A DNA stretch of 64,000 nucleotides from an uncultured bacterium (lineage in GTDB: Bacteria; Eisenbacteria; RBG-16-71-46). The DNA lies in the NCBI GenBank assembly GCA_964542745.1, contig CAZIVR010000005.1:9142-73141 (forward strand), read 5' to 3'. Made by a program: the position numbers and the translations under genes. The notes under the pieces were generated by a model. It did not search any database, was not told the origin of the DNA, and worked only from the letters and a program-made list of their open reading frames with translations. This document shows positions 49,965 through 59,700 of this stretch, piece by piece (within the stretch, counting starts at the first letter, position 1; each line of letters begins with the position of its first letter).

Positions 49965-51532
49965 CCGCGACACGCGACGACCCTGCGGAGATCGCCCCGC
50001 CGCCGAGCGCGCTCGAGGCCGGCCTCGGCTGGGCGGTCGCCGCGGCCGCGCTCGCGACCCTCGCGCGTCTCGCGCGCCAGGCGTGGGGCGGAACGCTCGC
50101 CACCGACGAGTGCTTCCACGCCACGGCCGCCGCGTGGATCCACGCGCATCGCGCGATCCCCGCCGAGTTCCCCGGGCTCTACTCGGGATTCGCCTACTAC
50201 TACCAGCCGCTGCTGCACCTGCTCGGCGCGCTGTGGATCGCCGCGTTCGGGAGCGGGGCGCTGCTCGCCCTGCCGGGCGCCTTCGCGGCGGCGCTCTTCC
50301 TCCTGCTCGCCACGGGCGGCCCGGGCATCTCGGCGGCGGCGGCCGGCCTGTGGGCGGCGGCGCTCGTGCTCGTCAACCCCGCCTTCGGCGCCGTGGCGGT
50401 GCGGCTCTACGCCGAGCCGCTGGTCTCCGTGCTCGCGGTCGCCACCGTCGCGCTGCTGTTCGCGGCGCGCCGCAGCGCGCGCCCCCTGCCGTGGATCGCG
50501 CTGGGCGTGGTGGCCGGGCTCGGGCTCAACGCCAAGTTCAGCGGCTGGATCCCGCTCGCGGGCCTGGCGCTCACCGCGGCCTGGGACGCCGCGCGCGGCG
50601 ACCGCGCCCGGGCCGCGCGTCTCGCGCTCGCCTGCGCCCTCGCCGTCGCGATCGCGCTGCCGTGGCTGGTCCGGAACCAGATCCTGTTCGGCAGCGCCCT
50701 CTATCCCGCCTTCGCGCCCGACCTCGAGCCGCGGCTCCTCGCCCTCAACCGCGCCCGGTTCTCCACCCCGCCCGCCGAGTTCCTCGCCGCGATCCCGGGC
50801 GCGATCGGGCTTCCGATCCTCGCGTTCGCGGCCGCGGCGTTCGCCGCCGCGGCCCTGTTCCGGCGCTGGACGCTGCGCGAGAGCGTGGCGCTCGGGGCGC
50901 TGGCCGCGATGGCGGCCACCGCCTTCGTCCCCTACGCCGCCGGGCGGCACCTCACGCCGTTCGTGGCGGTGCTCGCGTGGATGGGGGCGTGGGCGGTGCA
51001 CGACGCGCTCGCCGGGCACGCGCTCGCCCGGATCGGCGCCACGCTCGCGGTGCTGGCGGTGGCCGCGCACGGGGCCATCACCCTGCCGGACCATCGCGCG
51101 GCCGCCGACCCTCCCGCGTTTCTCGTCGAGGCGTTCCCGAAAATCGCCGCGCTCACGCCACCCGACGCCCGCGTGCTCAGCCTCTGGACCTACGACACGC
51201 ACTACCACGCCGCGCGGGCGGCGACCTGGCCGATTCCCTGGGGGCAGCGCGACCGCCCGCTCGCGGCGCTCGAGGCCTCCGATCCCGACACGATCCTCGC
51301 GCGCCTCGCGGCCTCGGGAATCACCGACGTGCTGGTCCCCACCCGGATCTCCTCGCGCGGCTTCGACAGCGCCAACTATCCCGAGGCGTTCGTCCGCGGC
51401 CTCGAGGCGCTCGAGCGAAAGGGGGCGGCACGCCTGCGGTGGAAGTCCCAGGATCTCGCGCTGCTCTCGCTGCGCCCCGCGGCGCGCGGATCGGGTAGTC
51501 TCGCGCCGCCGACCGAACCCCCGAGGAGGTAA
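49919..51532 (+). CDS. membrane glycosyltransferase-like protein (GT39/83 ArnT-PMT-like; TDECFHA motif), start uncertain
   Basis: It is a multi-TM protein with a DExxHA-like loop motif. The only in-frame start upstream of the first TM is a GTG that overlaps the cupin gene by ~45 nt. Confidence 0.5.
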   Translation: MRGAEPAGPDGDGEVAATRDDPAEIAPPPSALEAGLGWAVAAAALATLARLARQAWGGTLATDECFHATAAAWIHAHRAIPAEFPGLYSGFAYYYQPLLHLLGALWIAAFGSGALLALPGAFAAALFLLLATGGPGISAAAAGLWAAALVLVNPAFGAVAVRLYAEPLVSVLAVATVALLFAARRSARPLPWIALGVVAGLGLNAKFSGWIPLAGLALTAAWDAARGDRARAARLALACALAVAIALPWLVRNQILFGSALYPAFAPDLEPRLLALNRARFSTPPAEFLAAIPGAIGLPILAFAAAAFAAAALFRRWTLRESVALGALAAMAATAFVPYAAGRHLTPFVAVLAWMGAWAVHDALAGHALARIGATLAVLAVAAHGAITLPDHRAAADPPAFLVEAFPKIAALTPPDARVLSLWTYDTHYHAARAATWPIPWGQRDRPLAALEASDPDTILARLAASGITDVLVPTRISSRGFDSANYPEAFVRGLEALERKGAARLRWKSQDLALLSLRPAARGSGSLAPPTEPPRR

Positions 51533-51535
51533 GGC

Positions 51536-53104
51536 ATGACCGAGAAGCCGGAAGCCCCGGGCGCCGAGCCCGCACGCCCCGCCGCCGCTCCCCCGCCCGC
51601 CGACCAGATCGTCGAAACCCGCCACCGGGTCACGGTCGGCGGCCGCACGCTCGAGTACACCGTCACGACCGGCACGCTGGTGCTGCGGCCCGAGAGCGAG
51701 AAGAAAGGCGAGCGGGACGGGGAGTCCGAAGGGGCGGTGCCCAAGGCCTCCGTGTTCTTCGTGGCCTACACCGTGACGGGCGCCGGCGAGCCCGCGAAGC
51801 GCCCGGTCACGTTCTCGTTCAACGGCGGGCCGGGCTCCTCGTCGGTGTGGCTGCACCTCGGCGTGCTGGGCCCGCGGCGCGTGGACCTCGGCGAGCACGG
51901 CGACCTTCCCGTCCCGCCCTTCCGGCTCGTGGAGAACGACCAGTCCCTGCTCGACGTCACCGACCTCGTGTTCATCGACCCGGTCGGCACCGGCTACAGC
52001 CGGCCGGTGGCGGGCGAGAAGGCCAAGGAGTTCCACACCTTCAAGAAGGACATCGAGTCGGTCGGGGACTTCATCCGCCTCTACGCCACGCGCTACCGCC
52101 GCTGGCTCTCGCCCAAGTTCCTGATCGGGGAAAGCTACGGCACCACGCGGGCGGCCGGGCTCTCCGGCTACCTGCAGGAGCGGCACGGCATGTCGCTCAA
52201 CGGGCTGATGCTGGTCTCCTCGGTGCTGGAGTTCCAGACCCTGCTGTTCGAGCCCAACAACGACCTGCCCTACGTGCTGTTCCTGCCGGCCTACACCGCC
52301 ACCGCCTGGTACCACAAGCGGCTGCCCGCGGATCTCCAGCGCGACCGCGACGGGGCGCTCGCGAAGGCGCGCGCGTTCGCGCTCGGCACCTACGCCCCCG
52401 CCCTGATGCGCGGCCACGACCTCCCGGAGCGCGAGCGCACGGCGCTGGTGGCCCAGCTCGCCCGCTTCACCGGCGTGTCCCCGGACTTCGTGGAGCGCTG
52501 CAACCTGCGCATCGAGATCCACCGCTTCACCAAGGAGCTGCTGCGCGACCGGCGGCTCACGGTCGGCCGGCTCGACAGCCGCTTCACCGGCTCCGACCGC
52601 GACGCCGCCGGCGCGGTGCCCGACAACGACCCCAGCTTCTCCAACATCATGGGTCCCTACACCGCCACCTTCTACGACTACGTGCGCGGCGACCTCGGGT
52701 TCGAGAGCGACCTCCCTTACGAGATCCTGAGCTTCAAGACCCACGAGGGCTGGCGCTACGACGAGCACGAGAACCGCTACGTGGACGTGGCCGAAACCCT
52801 GCGCAAGGCGATGACCGAGAACCCCCACCTCAAGGTGTTCGTGGCGAACGGCTACTACGATCTCGCCACGCCGTTCTTCGCGAGCGAGTACACGTTCTCG
52901 CGGCTGGGCCTCGAGCCGCGGCTGCGCGGGAACGTCTCGATGGGGTACTACGACGGCGGCCACATGATGTACATCCACCGCCCCTCGCTGGTGAAGCTCA
53001 AGCGGGACCTCGCGGCGTTCGTGCGCGGCGCTTCGGGGCCGGGCGGCGCCCGACCCCGGAAGCCGCCGAAATCCACGCGCGCTCGGAAGCGGCCCGCCCG
53101 CTAG
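51536..53104 (+). CDS. serine carboxypeptidase, peptidase S10 family
   Basis: It has the catalytic GESYG motif, FSFNGGPGSSS, and the C-terminal His region YYDGGHMMYIH. GAGGAGG RBS. Confidence 0.85.
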   Translation: MTEKPEAPGAEPARPAAAPPPADQIVETRHRVTVGGRTLEYTVTTGTLVLRPESEKKGERDGESEGAVPKASVFFVAYTVTGAGEPAKRPVTFSFNGGPGSSSVWLHLGVLGPRRVDLGEHGDLPVPPFRLVENDQSLLDVTDLVFIDPVGTGYSRPVAGEKAKEFHTFKKDIESVGDFIRLYATRYRRWLSPKFLIGESYGTTRAAGLSGYLQERHGMSLNGLMLVSSVLEFQTLLFEPNNDLPYVLFLPAYTATAWYHKRLPADLQRDRDGALAKARAFALGTYAPALMRGHDLPERERTALVAQLARFTGVSPDFVERCNLRIEIHRFTKELLRDRRLTVGRLDSRFTGSDRDAAGAVPDNDPSFSNIMGPYTATFYDYVRGDLGFESDLPYEILSFKTHEGWRYDEHENRYVDVAETLRKAMTENPHLKVFVANGYYDLATPFFASEYTFSRLGLEPRLRGNVSMGYYDGGHMMYIHRPSLVKLKRDLAAFVRGASGPGGARPRKPPKSTRARKRPAR

Positions 53105-53146
53105 CGGATCCCGCGCCTCGCGCCGCGACCGCCACTCGGCGCCCCC

Positions 53147-54412
53147 ATGCGCGTCCTGCTCGTCACGTTCGGTTCCCACGGCGACCTGTTCCCGTTCCTC
53201 GCGATCGGGCGCGCGCTGGCCCGGCGCGGGCACGCGTGCCGGGTCGCCGCCCATCCGCACTTCACCCGCGACATCGAGACCGCCGGTCTCGAGCCGGAGC
53301 CGGTGATCGCGCGCGTTCCGGTCGGGTACCTGCTTCGCCACCCCGAGCTGTTCCATCGCACGCGCGGACCGCTGCTCGGGATGCGGCACTTCCCCGCGCT
53401 GCTCCGCGAGTTCGCCACCGACGTGAGGCGGCTCGCCGCGACGCGGCCCTTTGACGCCATGGTCTGCCACTACGGGGCGATCTCGGCCCGCTGGGTCGCG
53501 GAGGATGCCGGGGTTCCGTGCGCCTCGTGCGCGCTCACCCCCATGGCGTGGCACTCGGCCCACGACGAGGTGCCCGCCTACCAGTCGGCGCCGGGCCGCG
53601 GCCGGGCCGCCGCCGCGCGCCGGTTCGCCCGCCTCGCGGATCCAGCGCTGCGGCTGGCGTTCGGCGCCTGGGTCCGGAGCCTGCGGCGCGCGTGCGGCGT
53701 CCCGCCCCCGAGGCGCGGCCCGCGCGCCGCGTGGCCCTCGGTGTGGGACGAGTTCCGGGCCGGCGACCTCGCCCTCGGCCTGTGGCCCGAGGCGTTCCGC
53801 CCCGGGCTCCCGGATGATCCGCCGGATTCACGGCGCTGCGGTTTCACCCGCTACGCCCCGCCCGGCGAAGCGCCCGACCCGCGGCTCGAGGCGTTCCTCG
53901 CGGGCGGGGACCCGCCGGTCGCCTTCACGCTCGGGAGCGCCGCGGTCCACCACCCGCGCGGGTTCTTCGCGCTCGCGGCCGCCGCCTGCCGCCGCCTCGG
54001 CGTGCGCGGCGTGCTGCTCACGGGCCGGGGCAACCCTCCGCCCACGGGGCTGCCGGGGACCGTGCTCGCGGTGGACTGGGCCACGCACGCCACGCTCTTT
54101 CCGCGGGCGGCGGCCGTCGTCCACCACGCGGGGATCGGCACCACCGCCGAGGCCCTGGCAGCGGGCCGCCCGTCGCTCGCGGTCCCGCACGCCTTCGACC
54201 AGTTCAACAACGCGCTCCGGGTCGAGCGGCTGGGCGCGGGGCTGCAGGTCCCGCGCCATCGCCTGGACGCCCGCCGCCTCGAAGCCGCGCTCGAGCGCGT
54301 GGTGCGCGATCCGGCGCTCGCGGCGCGCGCGGCGGCGCTGGCGCCGCGCATGGCCGCGGACGGCGCCGGACCCGCGGCGGACGCCGTGCTGGAGTGGAAC
54401 CGTCGAGGGTAG
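53147..54412 (+). CDS. glycosyltransferase family 1 (UDP-glycosyltransferase/MGT-type, GT-B fold)
   Basis: The N-terminus is MRVLLVTFGSHGDLFPFLAIGRAL and the C-terminus has HHAGIGTTAEALAAGRP, the UDPGT signature region. Confidence 0.8.
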   Translation: MRVLLVTFGSHGDLFPFLAIGRALARRGHACRVAAHPHFTRDIETAGLEPEPVIARVPVGYLLRHPELFHRTRGPLLGMRHFPALLREFATDVRRLAATRPFDAMVCHYGAISARWVAEDAGVPCASCALTPMAWHSAHDEVPAYQSAPGRGRAAAARRFARLADPALRLAFGAWVRSLRRACGVPPPRRGPRAAWPSVWDEFRAGDLALGLWPEAFRPGLPDDPPDSRRCGFTRYAPPGEAPDPRLEAFLAGGDPPVAFTLGSAAVHHPRGFFALAAAACRRLGVRGVLLTGRGNPPPTGLPGTVLAVDWATHATLFPRAAAVVHHAGIGTTAEALAAGRPSLAVPHAFDQFNNALRVERLGAGLQVPRHRLDARRLEAALERVVRDPALAARAAALAPRMAADGAGPAADAVLEWNRRG

Positions 54413-54418
54413 CGTCAG

Positions 54419-54436
54419 GCGCCGGAATTCCGGCGG
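54419..54436. terminator. perfect palindrome CGCCGGAATTCCGGCG in convergent intergenic region
   Basis: It is a 16-nt perfect inverted repeat located 7 nt after the GT1 stop. Confidence 0.4.
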
Positions 54437-54471
54437 GCGCGGCCAGTCCGGACGACGACCGCTCACGGCAC

Positions 54472-54507
54472 GGGCCGCGGGCGGAATCCGATTCCGCCGC
54501 GGCCCGT
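54472..54507. terminator. long GC hairpin (GGGCCGCGGGCGGAATC/GATTCCGCCGCGGCCC) between convergent genes
   Basis: It is a ~16-bp stem with a one-base bulge. It sits between the GT1 gene and the stop of the minus-strand triple-repeat gene and is probably a bidirectional terminator. Confidence 0.45.
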
Positions 54508-54559
54508 CCGTAACCCATCGCGGGACCGGACCGTCCCCGGCCCCGCGGCGATCCGCCCG

Positions 54560-56335
54560 CTAATCCCTGGCGACGACGGCGCTCCGCCGGCGGCGGTGGA
54601 GCATTCCCAGCCCGGCGAGCGCCATGGCCAGTGACACCAGCGCGATCGCGCGCGGGTCGGCCCCCGGAGCCTTGCGAACGTCGGGCCCGTTCACCAGCTC
54701 GACGCAGATGTCGTCGATCGTGCCCCACGACACCTCTGCCCCGTCGTTGATCGAGGAGGTGTTCTCCGGGTTGATGCAGAGATAGTCCCGATTGGCCGTC
54801 GTCGGCGACCACAGGATCTCGTCGCTGACACAGGTGAGCGACGATGTGTACTGGGTGAACCCGATGGTTTCGCCGCCGCTGAGGGCCGGCGGATAGGTGG
54901 ATCCGGGGTCGCCGCTATGGGCGGTGAGACGGAACCGCACCTGGTGGGTGGGCGCCGGGCCCGGATTGAGGTGCTTGTAGAGCACCTTGATCCTGTAGGT
55001 GCGCCCCTGGAGGAACGGCGCGCCCAGCTTCTGCTTGATGGACTCGCCCACCACCTGGTTGCCCCACATCTGCACCGCGCCCCCGGAGGTCGCGCAGCCG
55101 GTGTTCACCACCTGCGGCGTCGCGGTCAGCGCCGACCAGCTCCCCACCGACGCCGTCGGCATCGAGCCGTAGACGACGTTGTCCTCGAAGTCGCCGTTCG
55201 AAACGAACCCGCACGGCAGCTCCTCGACGCACAGGTCGTCCACCGTTCCCCACGACACCTGCGAGCCGTCGTTGATCGAGGAGGTGTTCTCCGGGTTGAT
55301 CGTGATGTAGGCGGCGTCGTTCTCAGCCGTCCACAGGATCCGGTCGCTCACGCAGGTGAGGGACGAGGTGTACTGGGTGAAACCGATGAGTTCGTTGGAG
55401 GAGAGAGGCGGGTAGGTGGATCCGGGATCCGCCGACGAGGCGGTCAGCCGGAAGCGCACCTGATCCTGCGGCGCGGCGCCCGGGTTCAGGTGCTTGTAGT
55501 GCACCGTGATCCGGTAGGTCCTGCCCTTCTTGAAGCCCTCGGAGAGCTGCTGCTTGATGGCCTCGCCCACCACCTGGTTGCCCCACATCTGCACGGCGCC
55601 CGCGGGGGTCGCGCAACCGGTGTTCACGACCTGGGGCGACGCGGAGATCGCGCTCCAGTTCGCCACCGAGGCCGCGGGCATCGAACCGTACACCACGCCA
55701 TCCTCGAAGTCGGCGTTCGCGAGGAAGCCGCAGCGCACCTCGGAGATGCAGATGTCGTCGATGGTGCCCCACGAGACCTGGGCCCCGTCGTTGATCGACG
55801 ACGAGTTTTCGGGATTGACCGTCAGGTAGTCCCCGCTCGCGGTCGCCGTCCAGTCCACCGTGTAGGTGACGCAGGTGAGCGAAGAGGTCGGGGGCGTCAC
55901 GCAGATCTGCGTGTAACCCGCCACCGGCGGGTAGCTCGCCGGATCGGACGCGGAGAGCGCGAGACGGAAGGCCACCTGGTGCTGCGGGGAGGGGCCGGGG
56001 TTCAGGTGCTTGTAGCGCACCGTCACCCGGTACTTCTTGCCTTGCACGATCGGGGTCGCCAGCCGCTGCTTGACGGACTCCCCGACCACGAGGTTGCCCC
56101 ACATCTGCATGGCGCCGGCGGGCGTGGCGCAGCCGGTGCTCACCACCTGCGGAGTCTGGGTCAGGACCGACCAGCCCCCGACCGAGGCCGTGGGCATCGA
56201 GCCGTAGACCAGCCCGTAGGCGAAGTCGCCGTTGTTGACCACGTTGCCTGAACAGAAGGCGCGGGCGTCTTGGGGGAGAACGACCAACACGATGAGTACG
56301 AGAAGCGCACGGCAAACCTGGGTGGACGCTTTCAT
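54560..56335 (-). CDS. secreted Cys-rich protein with three tandem ~170-aa CBM4_9-like (NGDFE...W) repeats and a C-terminal hydrophobic anchor followed by RRRR (PEP-CTERM-like variant tail)
   Basis: It has a signal peptide MKASTQVCRALLVLIVLVVLPQDARA. Each repeat is NGDFE(D/Y)G(V/L)VYGSMP..W....PQVV.TGCAT..GA.QMWGN.VVGE.IKQ.L......G..YR..V.YKHLNPG......V.FRL....DP...YPP.........TQY.SSLTCV.D...W.......Y..INPEN.SSINDG..VSWGT.DD.C. The tail is GADPRAIALVSLAMALAGLGMLHRRRRS. Confidence 0.75.
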   Translation of the reverse strand: MKASTQVCRALLVLIVLVVLPQDARAFCSGNVVNNGDFAYGLVYGSMPTASVGGWSVLTQTPQVVSTGCATPAGAMQMWGNLVVGESVKQRLATPIVQGKKYRVTVRYKHLNPGPSPQHQVAFRLALSASDPASYPPVAGYTQICVTPPTSSLTCVTYTVDWTATASGDYLTVNPENSSSINDGAQVSWGTIDDICISEVRCGFLANADFEDGVVYGSMPAASVANWSAISASPQVVNTGCATPAGAVQMWGNQVVGEAIKQQLSEGFKKGRTYRITVHYKHLNPGAAPQDQVRFRLTASSADPGSTYPPLSSNELIGFTQYTSSLTCVSDRILWTAENDAAYITINPENTSSINDGSQVSWGTVDDLCVEELPCGFVSNGDFEDNVVYGSMPTASVGSWSALTATPQVVNTGCATSGGAVQMWGNQVVGESIKQKLGAPFLQGRTYRIKVLYKHLNPGPAPTHQVRFRLTAHSGDPGSTYPPALSGGETIGFTQYTSSLTCVSDEILWSPTTANRDYLCINPENTSSINDGAEVSWGTIDDICVELVNGPDVRKAPGADPRAIALVSLAMALAGLGMLHRRRRSAVVARD

Positions 56336-56785
56336 GGTTGCGACTCCAATCGCGGTTCAGCAACGTGGCGCGCACCCGCGCGGATGGCGGCCCGCGGGGC
56401 TGCACGTGGGATTCCGCCCCGGCAACAGGGCGGTGTCGACCGCAACGGAACGCGCTGCCGTCCCGGGGCGGCTTCGGCGAACTCGGGGGATTGGACTGGC
56501 GCTAGCGGGGGCCCGGCAGCGGGCAAAGCGCTGGGAAACCGTCGCCCTGACGCGAGGCATTCCCATGGTTCGGTGGGAGCGGCCACCATGGAGGCGCCAT
56601 CTGGAATTCTCGCCGGTGCGACGCGGGGAATTCCAACATATGAGCCGTGCTATGCCAAGAAGAAAATTGGATGGGGAACGGCCGTCGCATGAAAAGGGCG
56701 GCGCTGCCCCGGGCGCTCTCGGGGCCCGGGCAGCGCCGCGTGCCGCCCGTCGGGGCGACTCCCGTCGAAAGCCGTCCGGGCTTCG

Positions 56786-59700
56786 CTATTTCTCCAGCGT
56801 GTCCCCGTCGAACACCTCGCCGTTCTTCACCACCCACCGCACCGTGTTGGTGTTGCGGATGTCCTCGAGCGGGTTGGCGTCGAGCACCACGAAGTCGGCG
56901 AGCTTGCCCGGCTCGATCGAGCCGATCGCGTGGTCCATGCCCAGGTACCAGGCGCCGTTCCACGTGGCGCACTTGATCGCGTCGGCGGGGCGCATGCCGC
57001 CCTGCGCCAGCGCCCAGATCTCCCAGTGGGCGCCGAGACCCTGCCGCTGGCCGTGGGCGCCGATCTGCACGCTGCCCCCGGCCTCCACGATCTGCCGGCA
57101 CCCGGCCGCGACGTCCTTGTGGTGCCAGTCCCACTCCGGAGCCATCACGGGGCGCCGGATCGCGCGCGCCGCGAGGTACTTCTCGGGCGTGAAGCGCCGC
57201 AGCTTGGGATCGTCGAACACGTTCGCGTGCTGGTAGAACCAGTGCTCGCCCGAGAGCCCGCCGTAGGCGACCAGCAGCGTCGGCGTGTAGCCCGAGCGGC
57301 TCTTGGAGAACAGCTCCACCACGTCGCGGTAGATCGGCGTGATCGGGAGCGCGTGCTCGAGCCCGGTGTGGCCGTCCATGACGAAGCCGAGGTTCTCCTC
57401 GAACTTTCCGCCGCCTTCGGGCACCACCAGCATGGACTCCTCGCGCGCGGCCTGCAGGATCCACTGGCGCTGCTCGCGGCGCGGCTGCATGTAGCTCTTC
57501 ACGCTGATCGCGCCGAGCCGCTTCATGCGCCGCATGTGGTGGCGGGCCTCGTCGAGGTTGGCCATCGGCGTGGCGTCCCGCCCGCCCGCGCCGTAGAGGA
57601 TGTTGCCGGTGGAGTAGACGCGGGGCCCGCGCAGCGCCCCCGTCTCCACCATCTCGCCCTCGGTGAACACCTCCCACGAGGTCGCGGAGGGGTCGTGCAT
57701 CGTCGTGACGCCGTAGGCGAGGTTGGCGTCGTAGGACCAGAACCGCTCCGGGATCACTCCGACGCTCGCGTAGTGGGCGTGCGCGTGCGCGTCCACGAGC
57801 CCGGGGATGACGGTCTTGCCGCGCGCGTCCACGGTGCGCGCCCCCGCGGGCACGGCGGTCGAAGCCCGCGGGCCCACCGCCACGATGCGGTTGTCCTTCA
57901 CCACCACGGTGGCGTCCTCGAGGGTCTCGTTGGCGTTGCCGCCGCGCATCGTGATCACGCGGGCGCCGGTGAACGCCACGGTCCCCCGCGGGCGCGCGCG
58001 CGGCACCTCGAGCGAGATCCAGATCGAGTCGGGCCGGGGCGCGGCCACCGCGTCCGCCTTCTTGCCGCCCTTCGCGTCGTCCTTCGCGGCGGCCGTGGCC
58101 GAGTCCGCGCCTGCCCCCTTGCCGGAGCTGTCGGCCCCGGCGGCGCCCTTCGCGGCGTCCTTCTTCGCCTTGGGCTTGCCGGCTTCGACCAGCTGGCGCT
58201 CCCAGTAGGCGGTCAGGCTGTCGAGCGAGAGGCTGCGGAACAGCGGTCCCGAGCTCCAGGTGATGGCGCGACCGCCGCGGCCCCACTGGAGCCAGTCGCC
58301 GCTGTCCTCCGAGAGCTTGCGCGCGGGCAGCGCGCCGTCGGGTCCGAGGTCCACCGGGTCGCGGCCGCTCTTCGGCAGCTCCGACACGTAGGCCGCGTAC
58401 TTCACGCGGTAGGCGAGCCAGCGGTCGTCGGGCGAGGGCATGAAGTCCTCGCCGTTGGTGACGGTGGCGTGGGCGATGCGGTCGGTGCCGTCGAGCCGCA
58501 CCGAGACCAGGGAGTTCTTCTGCGCGGACCCGGTCGGGTCCTCGCCGTACTCCACGAAGTAGAGCCGGTCCCCGGCGGCGTTCCACGCCGGGCGCGGCAT
58601 CCCCGACGCATCGAACTGCGCCTCGAGCGTGGTGACGGTGCGCGCCTCGCCCCCGCCCGCGGGCATCCACTGGAGCTCGAACCAGATCTCGTCGTTCAGG
58701 TCGGACGTGCCGCGCAGCCCCGCCCCGCTCCCCTTGAGGAACGCGAGCTTGGAGCCGTCGCGGCTCCACGCCGGGTTCAGGTACTGCGAGGGCACGCGCG
58801 TGAGCCGGGTGGCGGAGCCGCCGTTCGCGGGCATGCGCGCGACGTGGCCGCCCTCGCCATCCTTCCACGTCACGAACGCGATCGAGCGCCCGTCGGGGGA
58901 CCAGGCCGGCGCGAAGGCGCGCTGGCCTTCGGGCGTGAGCGCCCGGGCCGACTTCGAGGCGATCTCGTAGCGCCAGATCCGGCCGAGCGCCGAGAACACG
59001 ATGGACTTGCCGTCCGGCGACGAGGCCGGCCACGCCAACTGCCGCACGGTGACGCGGTCGGCGTCGAGCGTCTGGCGGAAGCGCACCGCGTGGGTGACGA
59101 CCTGCTCGACGGAGGCGGTGAACGGAATCCGCGTGGCCGTGCCGGTCGCAACGTCCACGCGGGAGAAGCCGCCCGCCGCGTAGATGACGATGGACTTCCC
59201 GTCCGGCGTCCACGCGTACGCGGGGTAGACGCCGGTCCACGCGAAGCCCTCCATGTTGTCGAAGGAGAGCCCGTCCCACAGCGGCCGCGCGCGGCCGGTC
59301 TCGAGGTCCTGCAGGAACAGCACGGTCTTCTCGCGCACGCGGCGGACGAACGACATCGTCTTGCCGTCGGGTGAAAAGGCCGCGCGTCCGGCGCCGCCCG
59401 CGCCCTCGGTGACGGTGACGATCTTGCCGGTCACGCGGTCGAAGCGGCGGATCTGCCAGATCCCGGCGTGCACGTTGCGGTCGTACTGGAAGCGCTGCGG
59501 GCGGCCGGTGAAGTAGACGTGGCGCCCGTCCCGCGAGAACACCGGCTCGTTGGCGTCCCCCCACTCGGCCTTCTTGGTGACCTGGACGCCCTTGCCGCCG
59601 AGCACGCTGTACATCCACAGCTCGACCGTGCCGAGCGAGCTCTGGTCGGTGAGACGGCGCCGCACCGTGATCCAGCGACCGTCGGGCGACCACGCCGGCG

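Noticed and set aside
49361-53563. 1400-aa minus-strand ORF across the cupin/GT39/S10 genes
   Set aside because: It is Arg/Glu/Gly-rich antisense artefact. The plus-strand genes there have clear family signatures.
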